Shown: piece after piece, positions 8,840-19,273 of the stretch | How the letters are laid out: every line of letters begins with the position of its first letter | How positions within the stretch are numbered: position 1 is the stretch's first letter | UHGV virus genome: UHGV-1336581 | Origin: a virus | Length of the DNA stretch: 38,564 nt | Reading direction: 5' to 3' (one strand) | Made by a program: the position numbers and the translations under genes | The notes under the pieces: model-generated | Databases searched by the model: none | What the model was told of the DNA's origin: nothing | What the model saw: only the letters and a program-made list of their open reading frames with translations

Positions 8840-9884
8840 ATTTCAGCGCCCGACGCTGGCAGAAAATATCAGTATGCTCCGTAACGATTTATTCGCCAGG
8901 CTGGACGTCAGCGACACGCTCCGGCGCATGGATGAAGACGTGCGGGCAAAGGTGTATGCGGCGGTGCTGCATACGGTTTACGGTTACATCGATTATCTGG
9001 CAATGAACATGCTGCCTGACCTGTGCGATGAGTCCTGGCTGGCGCGACATGCTGCGATGAAACGGTGTCCGCGCAAGGGGGCCACGGCTGCCAGCGGGTA
9101 TATGCGCTGGGAAGGTGTCAGCGATGGCCTGAAGGTGACCGCCGGGAGTGTTATTCAGCGCGATGACCTGGTGCAGTACACGGCAACTGCCGATGCAACC
9201 AGCTCCGGTGGTGTCCTGCGCGTGCCGATCGCCTGCTCAAGTGCAGGCGCGGTCGGTAACGCTGACGACGGTACGTCATTAATCCTGGTCACGCCGGTCA
9301 ATGGTCTGCCGTCTTCCGGCGTGGCAGATACACTGACAGGCGGATTTGATACTGAAGAGCTGGAAACGTGGCGCGCCCGCGTCATTGAGCGGTATTACTG
9401 GACGCCGCAGGGCGGGGCTGACGGGGACTATGTCGTCTGGGCTAAAGAAGTGCCCGGCATTACCCGCGCATGGGCATACCGTCACTGGATGGGAACGGGG
9501 ACAGTCGGTGTGATGATTGCCAGCAGTGACCTGATTAATCCCATTCCGGAAGAATCAACGGAAACGGCGGCAAGACAACATATCTGGCCACTGGCCCCGG
9601 TGGCAGGCTCTGATTTGTATGTGTTCAGGCCGGTGGCACATACGGTGGATTTTCATATCCGCGTGACGCCGGACACACCAGAAATACGGGCTGCCATTAC
9701 CGCGGAGTTGCGTTCGTTCCTGCTGCGTGATGGTTATCCGCAGGGAGAACTGAAGGTATCGCGTATCAGTGAGGCGATTTCCGGTGCGAACGGGGAATAC
9801 AGCCATCAGTTGCTTGCACCGGTGGACAATATCTCCATTGCGAAAAACGAACTGGCGGTACTGGGGACGATTTCATGGACGTGA
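8826..9884 (+). CDS. Baseplate J-like protein (Mu gp47 / JayE-like)
   Basis: 352-aa protein with the size and position of baseplate J; followed by a YmfQ-like gene and tail fibre genes as in e14. Confidence 0.7.
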   Translation: MADSEFQRPTLAENISMLRNDLFARLDVSDTLRRMDEDVRAKVYAAVLHTVYGYIDYLAMNMLPDLCDESWLARHAAMKRCPRKGATAASGYMRWEGVSDGLKVTAGSVIQRDDLVQYTATADATSSGGVLRVPIACSSAGAVGNADDGTSLILVTPVNGLPSSGVADTLTGGFDTEELETWRARVIERYYWTPQGGADGDYVVWAKEVPGITRAWAYRHWMGTGTVGVMIASSDLINPIPEESTETAARQHIWPLAPVAGSDLYVFRPVAHTVDFHIRVTPDTPEIRAAITAELRSFLLRDGYPQGELKVSRISEAISGANGEYSHQLLAPVDNISIAKNELAVLGTISWT

Positions 9885-10459
9885 CAAACGATGATTACAT
9901 CCGCCTGTTATCGGCACTGTTGCCGCCCGGTCCGGCGTGGTCAGCCAGCGATCCGGCGATTGCCGGTGCGGCACCGTCATTAACCCGTGTTCATCAGCGT
10001 GCGGATGCCCTGATGCGGGAGCTGGATCCGCGCACCACCACTGAACTGATAAACCGCTGGGAGCGTCTGTGCGGTCTGCCGGATGAATGTATTCCGGCGG
10101 GAACGCAGACCCTTCGCCAGCGTCAGCAACGGCTGGATGCGAAGGTTAACCTGGCGGGCGGCATCAACGAGGATTTTTACCTTGCACAGCTTGCTGCCCT
10201 GGGGAGACCAGACGCCACCATCACGCGATACGACAAAAGCACGTTCACCTGCTCATCTGCATGTACTGACGCTGTGAACGCGCCGGAATGGCGGTATTAC
10301 TGGCAGGTCAACATGCCAGTCGCCACCAACACCACCTGGATGACATGTGGCGATCCCTGTGATTCCGCACTGCGTATCTGGGGCGACACAGTTGTCGAGT
10401 GTGTGCTTAACAAACTCTGCCCGTCGCATACCTACGTAATTTTTAAATATCCGGAGTAA
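9875..10459 (+). CDS. Tail protein, YmfQ / Mu gp48-like
   Basis: 194-aa protein directly upstream of the tail fibre gene, overlapping the J-like gene stop. Confidence 0.6.
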   Translation: MDVTNDDYIRLLSALLPPGPAWSASDPAIAGAAPSLTRVHQRADALMRELDPRTTTELINRWERLCGLPDECIPAGTQTLRQRQQRLDAKVNLAGGINEDFYLAQLAALGRPDATITRYDKSTFTCSSACTDAVNAPEWRYYWQVNMPVATNTTWMTCGDPCDSALRIWGDTVVECVLNKLCPSHTYVIFKYPE

Positions 10460-10462
10460 TCC

Positions 10463-11113
10463 ATGCATCGTATAGACACGAAAACCGCGCAGAAGGATAA
10501 GTTCGGCGCGGGTAAGAACGGTTTTACCCGTGGTAACCCCCAGACCGGCACGCCTGCCACCGTTCTGGATGATGACTACTTTGACATGTTGCAGGAAGAA
10601 CTTTGTAGCGTTGTTGAGGCATCCGGTGCCAGTCTGGAGAAGGCGCAGCACGACCAGCTGCTTACCGCGCTTCGTGCGCTGCTGTTAAGCCGCAAGAATC
10701 CGTTTGGCGATATCAAATCGGATGGCACCGTGAAAACGGCTCTCGAAAACCTTGGTTTGGGAGAAGCGGCGAAAAGGGATGTAGGCACAGGAGAAAATCA
10801 GATACCGGATATGTCAGCCTGGAAAAGAAATCCGAGTTCTAATCGCTGGAGAAAATTGCCTGATGGAACCATCATTCAAATGGGAATATCAGCATCAGGG
10901 CCATTAGGCTCACCTGTAAATATCACCCTGCCGATATCTTTCAGCAATACCAATTATTGTGTTGTTGCATCGTACGATAATGCACGGTCAGATGTGTCAA
11001 CAATGGTTAGTTTTGCAGCGTTACCTGTTTCACCATCGCAATTTTCCCTGATGTCATCTGTGACTGAGCAAGGAATAAATCCTTTTGCTTACTGGATTGC
11101 TTTTGGAGATTAA
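10463..11113 (+). CDS. Tail fibre protein: constant N-terminal part fused to variable C-terminal segment (current orientation of the invertible region)
   Basis: The ORF crosses the left recombination site near 10741-10766 (...[10 protein letters not shown]...); the part downstream lies inside the invertible segment. Confidence 0.7.
   Translation: MHRIDTKTAQKDKFGAGKNGFTRGNPQTGTPATVLDDDYFDMLQEELCSVVEASGASLEKAQHDQLLTALRALLLSRKNPFGDIKSDGTVKTALENLGLGEAAKRDVGTGENQIPDMSAWKRNPSSNRWRKLPDGTIIQMGISASGPLGSPVNITLPISFSNTNYCVVASYDNARSDVSTMVSFAALPVSPSQFSLMSSVTEQGINPFAYWIAFGD
10741..10766. repeat. Invertase crossover site, left (gix/pix-like, inside tail fibre gene)
   Basis: TCTCGAAAACCTTGGTTTGGGAGAA is an imperfect inverted copy of the site at 12636-12661; 14 contiguous bases identical (TTGGTTTGGGAGAA). 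Confidence 0.65.
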
Positions 11114-11116
11114 TAA

Positions 11117-11536
11117 ATGGACAGATACTTCTATTCACAAAAAGAAAATGGTTTTTTTACCGATTTAAATAAAGCACCTTCAGATGTTGTTGAGATAACC
11201 ACGGATGAATGGCTGTTACTACTGGATGGTCAGGATAATGGCATGAAAATAGTCAGCAATCAGGAGGGATATCCGGTTTTGACAGAGCAACCACCTTTAT
11301 CAAAAGAAAACCTTATTGCATTGGCGGATTTGAAAAAAAGAAAACTTATTAATGAAGCCAACGAGCACATGAACAGCAGACAATGGCCTGGTAAAGCGGC
11401 TATTGGTCGTCTGAAAAGTGAGGAACTGGCGCAATATAATTTGTGGCTGGATTATCTGGACGCACTGGAACTGGTTGATACCTCCAGTGCTCCAGATATT
11501 GAATGGCCTACGCCTCCGGCAGTTCAGGCCAGATGA
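11117..11536 (+). CDS. Tail fibre assembly protein (Tfa, active-orientation copy)
   Basis: C-terminal ...VDTSSAPDIEWPTPP motif typical of Tfa chaperones; directly follows the fibre gene. Confidence 0.7.
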   Translation: MDRYFYSQKENGFFTDLNKAPSDVVEITTDEWLLLLDGQDNGMKIVSNQEGYPVLTEQPPLSKENLIALADLKKRKLINEANEHMNSRQWPGKAAIGRLKSEELAQYNLWLDYLDALELVDTSSAPDIEWPTPPAVQAR

Positions 11537-12113
11537 CATCCGGCGCGGTGCTGGTATCTGTTGCCGTCACCGCGTCAATGTAATCCAGCACAGCGTTAAG
11601 TCTGGTTGTTTCTGCCTGCGTCAGTTTACGTCCGGCCTGTAATTTCAGCTGAATCAGACTAATGGAAGCCATTGCTGCATCAATCAGTGACTGGCGCTGT
11701 GCTTCTGCCGCGTCTACTGCGGCATTATGCTGTGCCTCAGTATCTGTCACCCATTTCTCACCATCCCATTTATCGTATGGCGTTAACGGGACGATAGTTG
11801 TTGTATTTTCAGGGTAATCACCCGGAGTTGTGATTTCTTTTGATTCTCCCGTTTCGGTGTTATAGACAACTTCACCGCGATGGTCTGGCACATATTCCCA
11901 TGAGTTTAAATCTGCCGAACGGCAGATTGCATAACCAGCCTTATGTGTTCCAGGAGCATCTAAACAGGAATATGCAGGGATACCGACACCCACAGCAAGA
12001 TATTCAGTTGATGCAGAAATATACTCCCGTATCTCACTGTCATAGTTATAAACGGTAATCTCTCCTGCCTTTGTGGCAATAAATTTACTATTTAAGATGG
12101 CGTTATACATCAT
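11508..12113 (-). CDS. Tail fibre assembly protein (alternate Tfa inside the invertible segment)
   Basis: C-terminal ...TDTSTAPDVIWPELPEA; 3' end overlaps the plus-strand tfa convergently, as in Gin/Pin/Cin invertible regions. Confidence 0.7.
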   Translation of the reverse strand: MMYNAILNSKFIATKAGEITVYNYDSEIREYISASTEYLAVGVGIPAYSCLDAPGTHKAGYAICRSADLNSWEYVPDHRGEVVYNTETGESKEITTPGDYPENTTTIVPLTPYDKWDGEKWVTDTEAQHNAAVDAAEAQRQSLIDAAMASISLIQLKLQAGRKLTQAETTRLNAVLDYIDAVTATDTSTAPDVIWPELPEA

Positions 12114-12688
12114 GCAGCCCTCACAATGTAATTAAATGAAATATTACGTGGGCGTGTCTCTGCTGCACCGACAATACTGGTACTCAACCCCGTCGCTGTT
12201 CGTTTGTTATTTTTATTTCCTTCAATCAGACAGTTGTAATCATCATTACCAATTAACGAATTAGTGGCATCAATACCGTCCGGGGACAAGGCATTAGTTG
12301 TAGAACTTAAAGTCAGCATCTCGTCTGAACTTGGAAGATTTTTTAATGGTGTTTCATTGCGAGAAATACCCGCGTAAAAAAAGGACTCATGCCTGTGCGC
12401 TTCAAAAGAGTCATCCTGAAGACTTAGCAAGGTACGTCCCGCATCCACTCCACGCCCGTCATCCCAGCCACGAATAAACTCACCACGTAAATCAGGCAAT
12501 TTATTTGTCGGATAAGCCTTTGCCAGTTCCGGGTATTCTTCAGCAGAAAAAGCGGCACCGTTGCATTTCAGCCAGCCTGTTGGCGGAGTGGCGGAAGGCC
12601 ACGGAACAGGCACGCCAACGGGTAATGCCGAACCTTCTCCCAAACCAACGTTTATGAAAATGCAGAAATAACGAGCAAATGGCATCAT
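12110..12688 (-). CDS. Alternate tail fibre C-terminal segment (silent in this orientation)
   Basis: Minus-strand ORF whose 5' end abuts the right recombination site; the GLGEG junction mirrors GLGEA of the expressed fibre. Codons upstream of the crossover site are not a real N-terminus. Confidence 0.6.
   Translation of the reverse strand: MMPFARYFCIFINVGLGEGSALPVGVPVPWPSATPPTGWLKCNGAAFSAEEYPELAKAYPTNKLPDLRGEFIRGWDDGRGVDAGRTLLSLQDDSFEAHRHESFFYAGISRNETPLKNLPSSDEMLTLSSTTNALSPDGIDATNSLIGNDDYNCLIEGNKNNKRTATGLSTSIVGAAETRPRNISFNYIVRAA
12636..12661. repeat. Invertase crossover site, right (gix/pix-like, just upstream of pin)
   Basis: TTCTCCCAAACCAACGTTTATGAAAA; its reverse complement matches the left site; lies immediately 5' of the invertase gene. 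Confidence 0.65.
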
Positions 12689-13269
12689 TCCTGCTTTTGT
12701 CAGGGATATCTACCATGCTTATTGGCTATGTACGTGTGTCAACAAATTACCAGAACACAGATCTACAACGTAATGCGCTGAACTGTGCAGGATGCGAGCT
12801 GATTTTTGAAGACAAGATAAGCGGTACAAAGTCCGAAAGGCCGGGACTGAAAAAACTGCTCAGGACATTATCGGCAGGTGACACGCTGGTGGTCTGGAAA
12901 CTGGACCGACTGGGGCGCAGTATGCGGCATCTTGTCGTGCTGGTGGAGGAGTTGCGCGAACGAGGCATCAACTTTCGTAGTCTGACGGATTCAATTGATA
13001 CCAGTACCCCAATGGGGCGCTTTTTCTTTCATGTGATGGGGGCCCTGGCTGAAATGGAACGAGAACTGATTGTTGAACGAACAAAAGCTGGACTGGAAGC
13101 TGCTCGCGCACAGGGACGAATTGGTGGACGTCGTCCCAAACTTACACCAGAACAATGGGCGCAGGCCGGACGATTAATTGCAGCAGGAATTCCTCGCCAG
13201 AAGGTGGCGATCATCTATGATGTTGGTGTATCGACACTGTATAAGAAGTTTCCGGTCGGAGATAAATGA
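12679..13269 (+). CDS. pin: Serine recombinase, DNA invertase Pin/Gin/Hin family
   Basis: MLIGYVRVSTNYQNTDLQRNAL...GDTLVVWKLDRLGRSM...HTH C-terminus; near-identical to e14 Pin as I recall it. Real start probably the MLIGY Met about 12 codons in. Confidence 0.9.
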   Translation: MASFLLLSGISTMLIGYVRVSTNYQNTDLQRNALNCAGCELIFEDKISGTKSERPGLKKLLRTLSAGDTLVVWKLDRLGRSMRHLVVLVEELRERGINFRSLTDSIDTSTPMGRFFFHVMGALAEMERELIVERTKAGLEAARAQGRIGGRRPKLTPEQWAQAGRLIAAGIPRQKVAIIYDVGVSTLYKKFPVGDK

Positions 13270-13450
13270 AACCGTAGCATGTCGTATGCAAGATCGTGCG
13301 CGGTTGGCTGGTGAATGTTCGATAGTTCGAGCAATTAATAATTTCCAACCGTTATTGATTTTACGTGTTTTTGTATGAGAGGATTTGCACCTTCTGTAAC
13401 CGACCTTCCATGGCGGCACACTACTGTCTCTAGCACTACTATGTGCAAAA
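13267..13450 (+). repeat. Cassette-boundary repeat, copy A (about 180 bp, starts at the pin stop codon)
   Basis: GAAACCGTAGCATGTCGTATGCAAGATCGTGC...GGCTGGTGAA...GATAG...TTCCAACCGTTAT...GATTTT...TGAGAGGATTT...CCATGGC...GTCTCT...CTATGTGC; aligns along its length with copy C. Confidence 0.7.
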
Positions 13451-13519
13451 AGCTGACGTTTCTATTTTTTTGATTAATGCTCAAGTTTATTTTTCAACGT
13501 TAGCAGGAGCTATCTTAAA

Positions 13520-15856
13520 TTAATCAAAAAGGTCATCCTCCCTCAATCCAAGCCACTTTTCGAGATGCATAAGCAGTATTTTCAGGGCTTCTTCATACTC
13601 TGGGAATTCGTTTAGGTTAATCGAGTCAATTCTAGCTTTGGCAACATCTATGCCAATAAAATCGGCAATTGTTTCTTTGTTGAAACTGTTGTGAGGGGTG
13701 GATACCCTGTCACCATATGTGTAGCTGGTACCTCGGTGCATCAAGCGAGAGATCACGGCTGCGAAACCTTGGTTGGTTTGAATTACTTTCATCACCCACT
13801 CACGCGGTTCATCTATTGAATTCGTATAATCTTTCCAGCGATAAAGCTGATATATGAGATTAGGCTCGGTGAGCAGTGTGTTACCGTCTGCTGCGCGGCC
13901 CCTAATCAATCGCAACCATTCAGCCTTCATTTCCGTAATGGTGTTTAGATCTAACGCTGGCTCGAAGACACCGCTATCCCTATTTTCTCGATCGTCTGGA
14001 TCGCTCAGGTGAATAAGGAGCGAGGAGACAGATAACGCTTTAGTTTTACGGAGAGCGTCGAGAGCCAAATCATTTCGAACATCCTCAGGAAGCCGCTTCA
14101 GGAATTTATTTGTCGCTCGCCATGCTGCCACATATGACGGGTCAAAAGCACCATTTTTCGAGCTTGCAAGTTTTTCAGCAAGTATGAACATCCCCGGTAG
14201 CAAAATAGATGCGTTCTCAGTTGGTAATCGATCGACGGATTCGTCGAGCCTGGCTACGAGCGAGTTCAGTAGGCCATCAGCTTCGACGGTAGTGATTTCC
14301 TCATAGAGTTCTCTCTCTGTTGCTGTTGCATCGAGAAAATCAACAAAGCGACGCTCAGACATTTCTCCGATTGTCGTCTGAAGTTCGAAGTAACGAGGAA
14401 AGTAACGTGATGTGCATACTCGTTTCTCCGCCAGCCACTGGAGATGGAAGCCGTCTGCATAATGTGTTCCTCCATATGCCCATTCGAGAGGAGGAAATAA
14501 GTCTTTGAGCGTGTCACGAACGATATCGCGGCGTTTCTCCGGCACGATCTCAAGAAGCTTCTTAGCTGCTTCTTGGTCTAACTTCTGCCGGTTATTAAAT
14601 GAGTAATGTCTTTCTTGGAGAACCAATTCCCGCTCACGGAACAGTGTAGCGTGGAGATCTGGCTCAAAGACCCGGAGTGTCTCAAGAAGTAAGAAATCAA
14701 CAATGTTTACCTCGAATACATTGCCAATAACATGTAGTGGCATATTTATAGCAATAGACGAGATGAGGCGACGTGCATCGCGCATGTTTTTAAGCCAAGG
14801 CTGGATGCAACCAATGTAAGCGTTACCCCAGCGTGTCTGAGAGAACCCGTTTGCCTCGATTGCGTAAGGGTCTGCAATTTTAGCGAGTTCCTCCTCAAAC
14901 ATACGATGCACGAGCGATGCCGGGACTGCAGGAAGATCAAAACTAGCTTGCACGATTTTCTCAAGGAAGGCTCGACCATCACCGTCAGCAACTGGATCGA
15001 GTGCCCTCTCTACGATACTGGTCTGGAACAGTAGCACAAAAACAATGTTTGGCAGATTAGCATTCGCTTTTACTTGACGAAGTAGCATCCTGATCTGCTC
15101 TGGCTCGAGTCGGTCAATGTCGTCGACGAAGACGACCAGCGGACGCTCAAGTTCTCGAAGACGAGCCTCCAGCGATCTGCGTACCTTGTCGAGTGGCTCG
15201 CCACTATGGTCACGCCCGAGATATGTGAGTATGCGTCCAACAAGAGGAATTCCGACTGAGAGTAGTGAAAGAACAGCCGCAACCCCTGCGGCTGTGGGAA
15301 GGTCAAAGCCAATAGCTGACGCGATCGCTACAACGGAAGCATTAGTTAGCACTGTAGAGACTAGGAAGCTTGAACTACCGACCTCTTTAAGAGGTTTGCC
15401 GACCCCTATGAGGATTGCTCCGTAGCGTCGTAGTGCTTCGGCACGGTCAAGCTCAGCCTTCGAATGTTCACCTCTTAGGGAATTTGCTATCTGACCAAAT
15501 AGCGCGCCAGTGATGGCATCACCGTCTCCCCATTGCCATGGATTGAAATCGAGCCAGTTCGCCCCGTTGTTCTTGGCATCGAGCTGTTCGGTAATGAGAT
15601 TTTTTAGTGATGATTTGCCAAAGCCCCATCCTCCTCGGATAGCAAACACTCGGCCTTCGCGCAAACTAAGCTCTGAAAGCACATCAGCTATGCGAGCTGC
15701 AAATTCGGTCCTTCTAAGGCGATCTTCGGATGCTCGCCGAATTGGGGCCTCCGCCCCGATCCCCTCGTCCGGTCGCTCGTTCTTTATCACGTCAGCATTA
15801 GGCTTCGCGCGACGATGAGCGCGCCATGCCGTCAAGCGGAACAATAGCTTATTCAT
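13520..15856 (-). CDS. KAP-family P-loop NTPase with membrane insertion (Tmn-like candidate defence protein)
   Basis: Walker A GGWGFGKSS about 80 aa from the N-terminus, followed by hydrophobic helices inserted in the NTPase domain (VLTNASVVAIASAIGF...VLSLLSVGIPLVGRIL), a KAP hallmark; 778 aa. Confidence 0.7.
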   Translation of the reverse strand: MNKLLFRLTAWRAHRRAKPNADVIKNERPDEGIGAEAPIRRASEDRLRRTEFAARIADVLSELSLREGRVFAIRGGWGFGKSSLKNLITEQLDAKNNGANWLDFNPWQWGDGDAITGALFGQIANSLRGEHSKAELDRAEALRRYGAILIGVGKPLKEVGSSSFLVSTVLTNASVVAIASAIGFDLPTAAGVAAVLSLLSVGIPLVGRILTYLGRDHSGEPLDKVRRSLEARLRELERPLVVFVDDIDRLEPEQIRMLLRQVKANANLPNIVFVLLFQTSIVERALDPVADGDGRAFLEKIVQASFDLPAVPASLVHRMFEEELAKIADPYAIEANGFSQTRWGNAYIGCIQPWLKNMRDARRLISSIAINMPLHVIGNVFEVNIVDFLLLETLRVFEPDLHATLFRERELVLQERHYSFNNRQKLDQEAAKKLLEIVPEKRRDIVRDTLKDLFPPLEWAYGGTHYADGFHLQWLAEKRVCTSRYFPRYFELQTTIGEMSERRFVDFLDATATERELYEEITTVEADGLLNSLVARLDESVDRLPTENASILLPGMFILAEKLASSKNGAFDPSYVAAWRATNKFLKRLPEDVRNDLALDALRKTKALSVSSLLIHLSDPDDRENRDSGVFEPALDLNTITEMKAEWLRLIRGRAADGNTLLTEPNLIYQLYRWKDYTNSIDEPREWVMKVIQTNQGFAAVISRLMHRGTSYTYGDRVSTPHNSFNKETIADFIGIDVAKARIDSINLNEFPEYEEALKILLMHLEKWLGLREDDLFD

Positions 15857-16427
15857 CCCACAACATCTCCAAAAGTATATGTTTCAAGCGTTCTATTGTT
15901 AGAAGCCTCACCGATTGGACTTTGTCTACGACAGCTAACTGAAAACAGCTCGTTGCTGAAATTGCAGGCCAGTATAGCGGTTCTGCCTACTCAACGTGAA
16001 ATGGCTCGTGGGCAACTACATCAACTGAGCGAGAATACTAAGGTGAAACTGGGTGTGTGAATTGGTGCAAGAGAAATGCTTCCCATAATTCAAGATATCC
16101 CAATATAAGTACATTCCGAATGTCTGCTTCATACCTTGAGATATTCGACAAACTTTTTATGGAAGAAAGGCATTTGTGTCTTGTTGGTATATGGATGCTG
16201 TGAAAGAGCAGAATGCCACTTGTTGAGGGAGATAGATGATGCACAGCAAATTAAGCTGATGAAAAAAACAAAAAGCTACATCTTCTGTGGACTTTCATGT
16301 CACCAAGAGTAGCAACTCCCTAGCGTCTCATCACCGTCTGGTTGGTGTCCTGCTGAGACTGCTAACTTCCTGTTTTTTGATGTTGTATTTACACTGTCCA
16401 ATCATGATTGGCGGGCTGGCGGGAGTT

Positions 16428-16465
16428 GAAACCGTAGCACGTCGTATGCAAGATCGTGCTGCGGT
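16428..16465 (+). repeat. Cassette-boundary repeat, copy B (truncated, about 38 bp core)
   Basis: GAAACCGTAGCACGTCGTATGCAAGATCGTGCTGCGG matches the first ~35 bp of copies A and C, then diverges; lies just 3' of the minus-strand GIY-YIG gene. Confidence 0.6.
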
Positions 16466-16486
16466 TTATGTTTATCACTTGAAGAT

Positions 16487-17356
<870 letters not shown>

Positions 17357-17446
17357 CTAACCCTTTGAATTTACATAGCGCAAAAAGATACCTTTCCTCA
17401 TAATGTGAGCTAATTTTATGTTTCGTTTGATGATCGGGTCGGTCTC

Positions 17447-17630
17447 GAAACCCGTAGCCACGTCGTATGCAAGAACGTGCTACGACTGGCTGGTGAACTT
17501 CCGATAGTGCGAGTATTGAATGATTTCCAACTGTTATCGATTTTGCGTATTTTTTGCATGAGAGGATTTTTACCTCCTCCCACCGATCCTCCATGGCTTT
17601 ACGCCAGTGTCTCTGGTCTGCTATGTGCCA
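17447..17630 (+). repeat. Cassette-boundary repeat, copy C (about 180 bp)
   Basis: GAAACCCGTAGCCACGTCGTATGCAAGAACGTGCTACG...GGCTGGTGAAC...GATAG...TTCCAACTGTTAT...TGAGAGGATTT...CCATGGC...GTCTCT...CTATGTGCC; same orientation as copy A. Confidence 0.7.
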
Positions 17631-17676
17631 AGAGCGGACTTTGCAAAATGGGGGTTATTTCAATCAAAACGTAACG

Positions 17677-18621
17677 TCACAACCAGCCGACGCTCTCTCG
17701 CCATTTATAATTAGTAACTTTATCATTTTCGCTTATTTTTTTAGATATAGAGCGCGGCTCTCTTCCTAGATACTCAGATATTTCTGTCGGGGACAAATCA
17801 AAATCGACAAGCATGACTCTAAGTTTTTCCATTTCCTTTAAAGTCCAAGGCTTGCCATAATTTTCATAAAGAGATACCTTATGCTCCCTAATAGTTCGCT
17901 TTCTCTGAGTTTCACTTTCCCTCTGAAAAATCTCGCTTTTAAATTGTGAACGGAACTCTTTACAGAAGTTGTTATCAGTTTTTTTGTTATATAGATTGCT
18001 AAAAATAAGCTGGGATGCCGGGTCTAAATCAGGTGTGTTAATAATGAAAACTTTGACCTTTTCCATATAGGGATATTCAATTTTACCCAATATGCTTAAT
18101 TGCTTTATATTAAAAAAACCTCTCAAATCAAAAGATTTAATGAGCTTTGATTGGATTACACTTTCAATCCTGCTTGCATTTGAATAACAGTACTTTGCCA
18201 TTGGAAGGGCCCATACTACCAGTTGAGGAATATATTTTTCTAATGCAATGCTCTGCCAATCAGTATCAAAGGTTTGGCTTTTTGCTAGCATGTTTTTCGG
18301 CAAATCAGAATACATTGTGGTAGATGCCCATATCTTATAATCATTCGCCAAGGCTTGATAGTATTTTGTGTGGTTATGAATTTTATAAGCTGACATGAAG
18401 CGATAAACGTCTTCGTCGTGACCAGCGTCGTAAATTGTTCGATTTCCTCTAAGATAACCGTCGTAATGTTCGGTTATCCTTCTACCTACATTACAACTTA
18501 CCCCAACGTAAACCACACGACTGAAAAGTCCTTTATGGACAATAAGATAAACTCCGCTACAGCCAGATTTCCTGGCCTCTGATAGAGAACCTAAAAATCT
18601 CCATTCCATAATTAAATCCAT
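17677..18621 (-). CDS. GIY-YIG nuclease domain protein with C-terminal HTH-like region (AT-rich)
   Basis: GVYLIVHKGLFSRVVYVGVSCNVGRRITEH (GIY-YIG-like with R and E); C-terminal WTLKEMEKLRVMLVDFDLSPTEISEYLGREPRSISKKI looks like a helix-turn-helix; visibly AT-rich. Confidence 0.55.
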   Translation of the reverse strand: MDLIMEWRFLGSLSEARKSGCSGVYLIVHKGLFSRVVYVGVSCNVGRRITEHYDGYLRGNRTIYDAGHDEDVYRFMSAYKIHNHTKYYQALANDYKIWASTTMYSDLPKNMLAKSQTFDTDWQSIALEKYIPQLVVWALPMAKYCYSNASRIESVIQSKLIKSFDLRGFFNIKQLSILGKIEYPYMEKVKVFIINTPDLDPASQLIFSNLYNKKTDNNFCKEFRSQFKSEIFQRESETQRKRTIREHKVSLYENYGKPWTLKEMEKLRVMLVDFDLSPTEISEYLGREPRSISKKISENDKVTNYKWRESVGWL

Positions 18622-19061
18622 TATTATTGCTACTTTTTTTGTTTATCATTATTTTCGTGAAACTTCAACAATTTTATCCAAAAGCTAAGGGCAAAGACTT
18701 ATATAATTATACTTGTCATCGTTAGCGATTATATAGAGTAGTGGCGCTGACCTGCTCCCTAGTGATTCACACAGAATGCTGTTAGTAATGTCCGTTCCTC
18801 GCTCATAACAGACATAAACTTCAGTTATGGCATAAAGGTATGCATGCTGGGTGGGGAAAGTATGAAGGAAAAGAAGACTGCTGCGCCGTTTGTCGTCACG
18901 TTTATCTTCATTGGCTATGCAAGTCGTAATACAGGGTGGGACAAAACTGAGACACATAAGGCCTCGCAATGGCTTGCAAGGCTTTACATGTTTTGATGTG
19001 GTGGGACGTGTGAGCGCAGTGTTGATGGGATAATACTTTGAATTAGAAGCGGATTCTTATA

Positions 19062-19107
19062 ATTCGTAATGCGAAGGTCGTAGGTTCGACTCCTATTATC
19101 GGCACCA
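19062..19107 (+). other. 3' fragment of a tRNA-Thr gene (about 46 nt, ends ...GGTTCGACTCCTATTATCGGCACCA); attachment-site core
   Basis: T-arm GTAGG/TTCGACT/CCTAT, acceptor 3' strand and CCA present, anticodon-loop CGTAATG partly present, but no 5' acceptor strand (GCCGATA) upstream, so not an intact tRNA. Match to thrW is from memory. Confidence 0.6.
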
Positions 19108-19220
19108 TTCTAACGTCTCCCCAAGTCTACTCAAGTATTTAAAAACCTCTTATAATCCGCATGTTAGCGCCCCTTTTAGTCTTTTGACGTCTACTTAAGT
19201 ACCCCAAAATCTACAGTCAA

Positions 19221-19242
19221 TTGGGGGTACTTTTGGGGGTAT
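19221..19242 (+). repeat. TTGGGGGTACTTTTGGGGGTAT tandem motif (candidate integrase arm-type site)
   Basis: Identical 22-mer recurs at 38399-38420; inverted copies of TGGGGGTAC near 19197 and 19263 flank it; lies directly upstream of int. Confidence 0.5.
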
Positions 19243-19273
19243 TTGCTGTTCGGTTTAGTGGAGGTACCCCCAA

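Larger units (their letters stand above)
10741..12661. other. Invertible tail-fibre host-range segment (about 1.9 kb, P-region/G-segment type)
   Basis: Bounded by inverted crossover sites; contains two convergent fibre-C-terminus plus tfa gene sets; adjacent serine invertase. Confidence 0.7.

Noticed and set aside
5513-10651. Numerous minus-strand ORFs of 60-165 aa inside the tail/baseplate genes (for example 6142..6639, 7794..8087, 8369..8827)
   Set aside because: All are antisense to a tightly coupled plus-strand operon with recognisable homologies; their compositions (Arg/Cys/His-rich) look like shadow ORFs.
12649-12688. First ~13 codons of the minus-strand ORF 12110..12688 as a genuine N-terminus
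   Set aside because: They lie beyond the crossover site; the functional protein would exist only after inversion, fused to the constant fibre N-terminus.
13178-13378. Small ORFs lying inside the cassette-boundary repeats (13178..13378, 16287..16505, 17477..17674)
   Set aside because: Their reading frames are not conserved between repeat copies and they start inside the pin gene or the repeat; the repeat is more likely a DNA or RNA element than coding.
18685-18969. 94-codon minus-strand ORF between the last cargo gene and the tRNA fragment
   Set aside because: No recognisable features, and it lies in the element-end region; treated as non-coding.
19032-19107. Intact tRNA-Thr gene
   Set aside because: Only the 3' ~46 nt fold as tRNA (anticodon-loop remnant, T-arm, acceptor 3' strand, CCA); the 76 nt ending at 19107 do not contain the complementary 5' acceptor strand or a D-arm.
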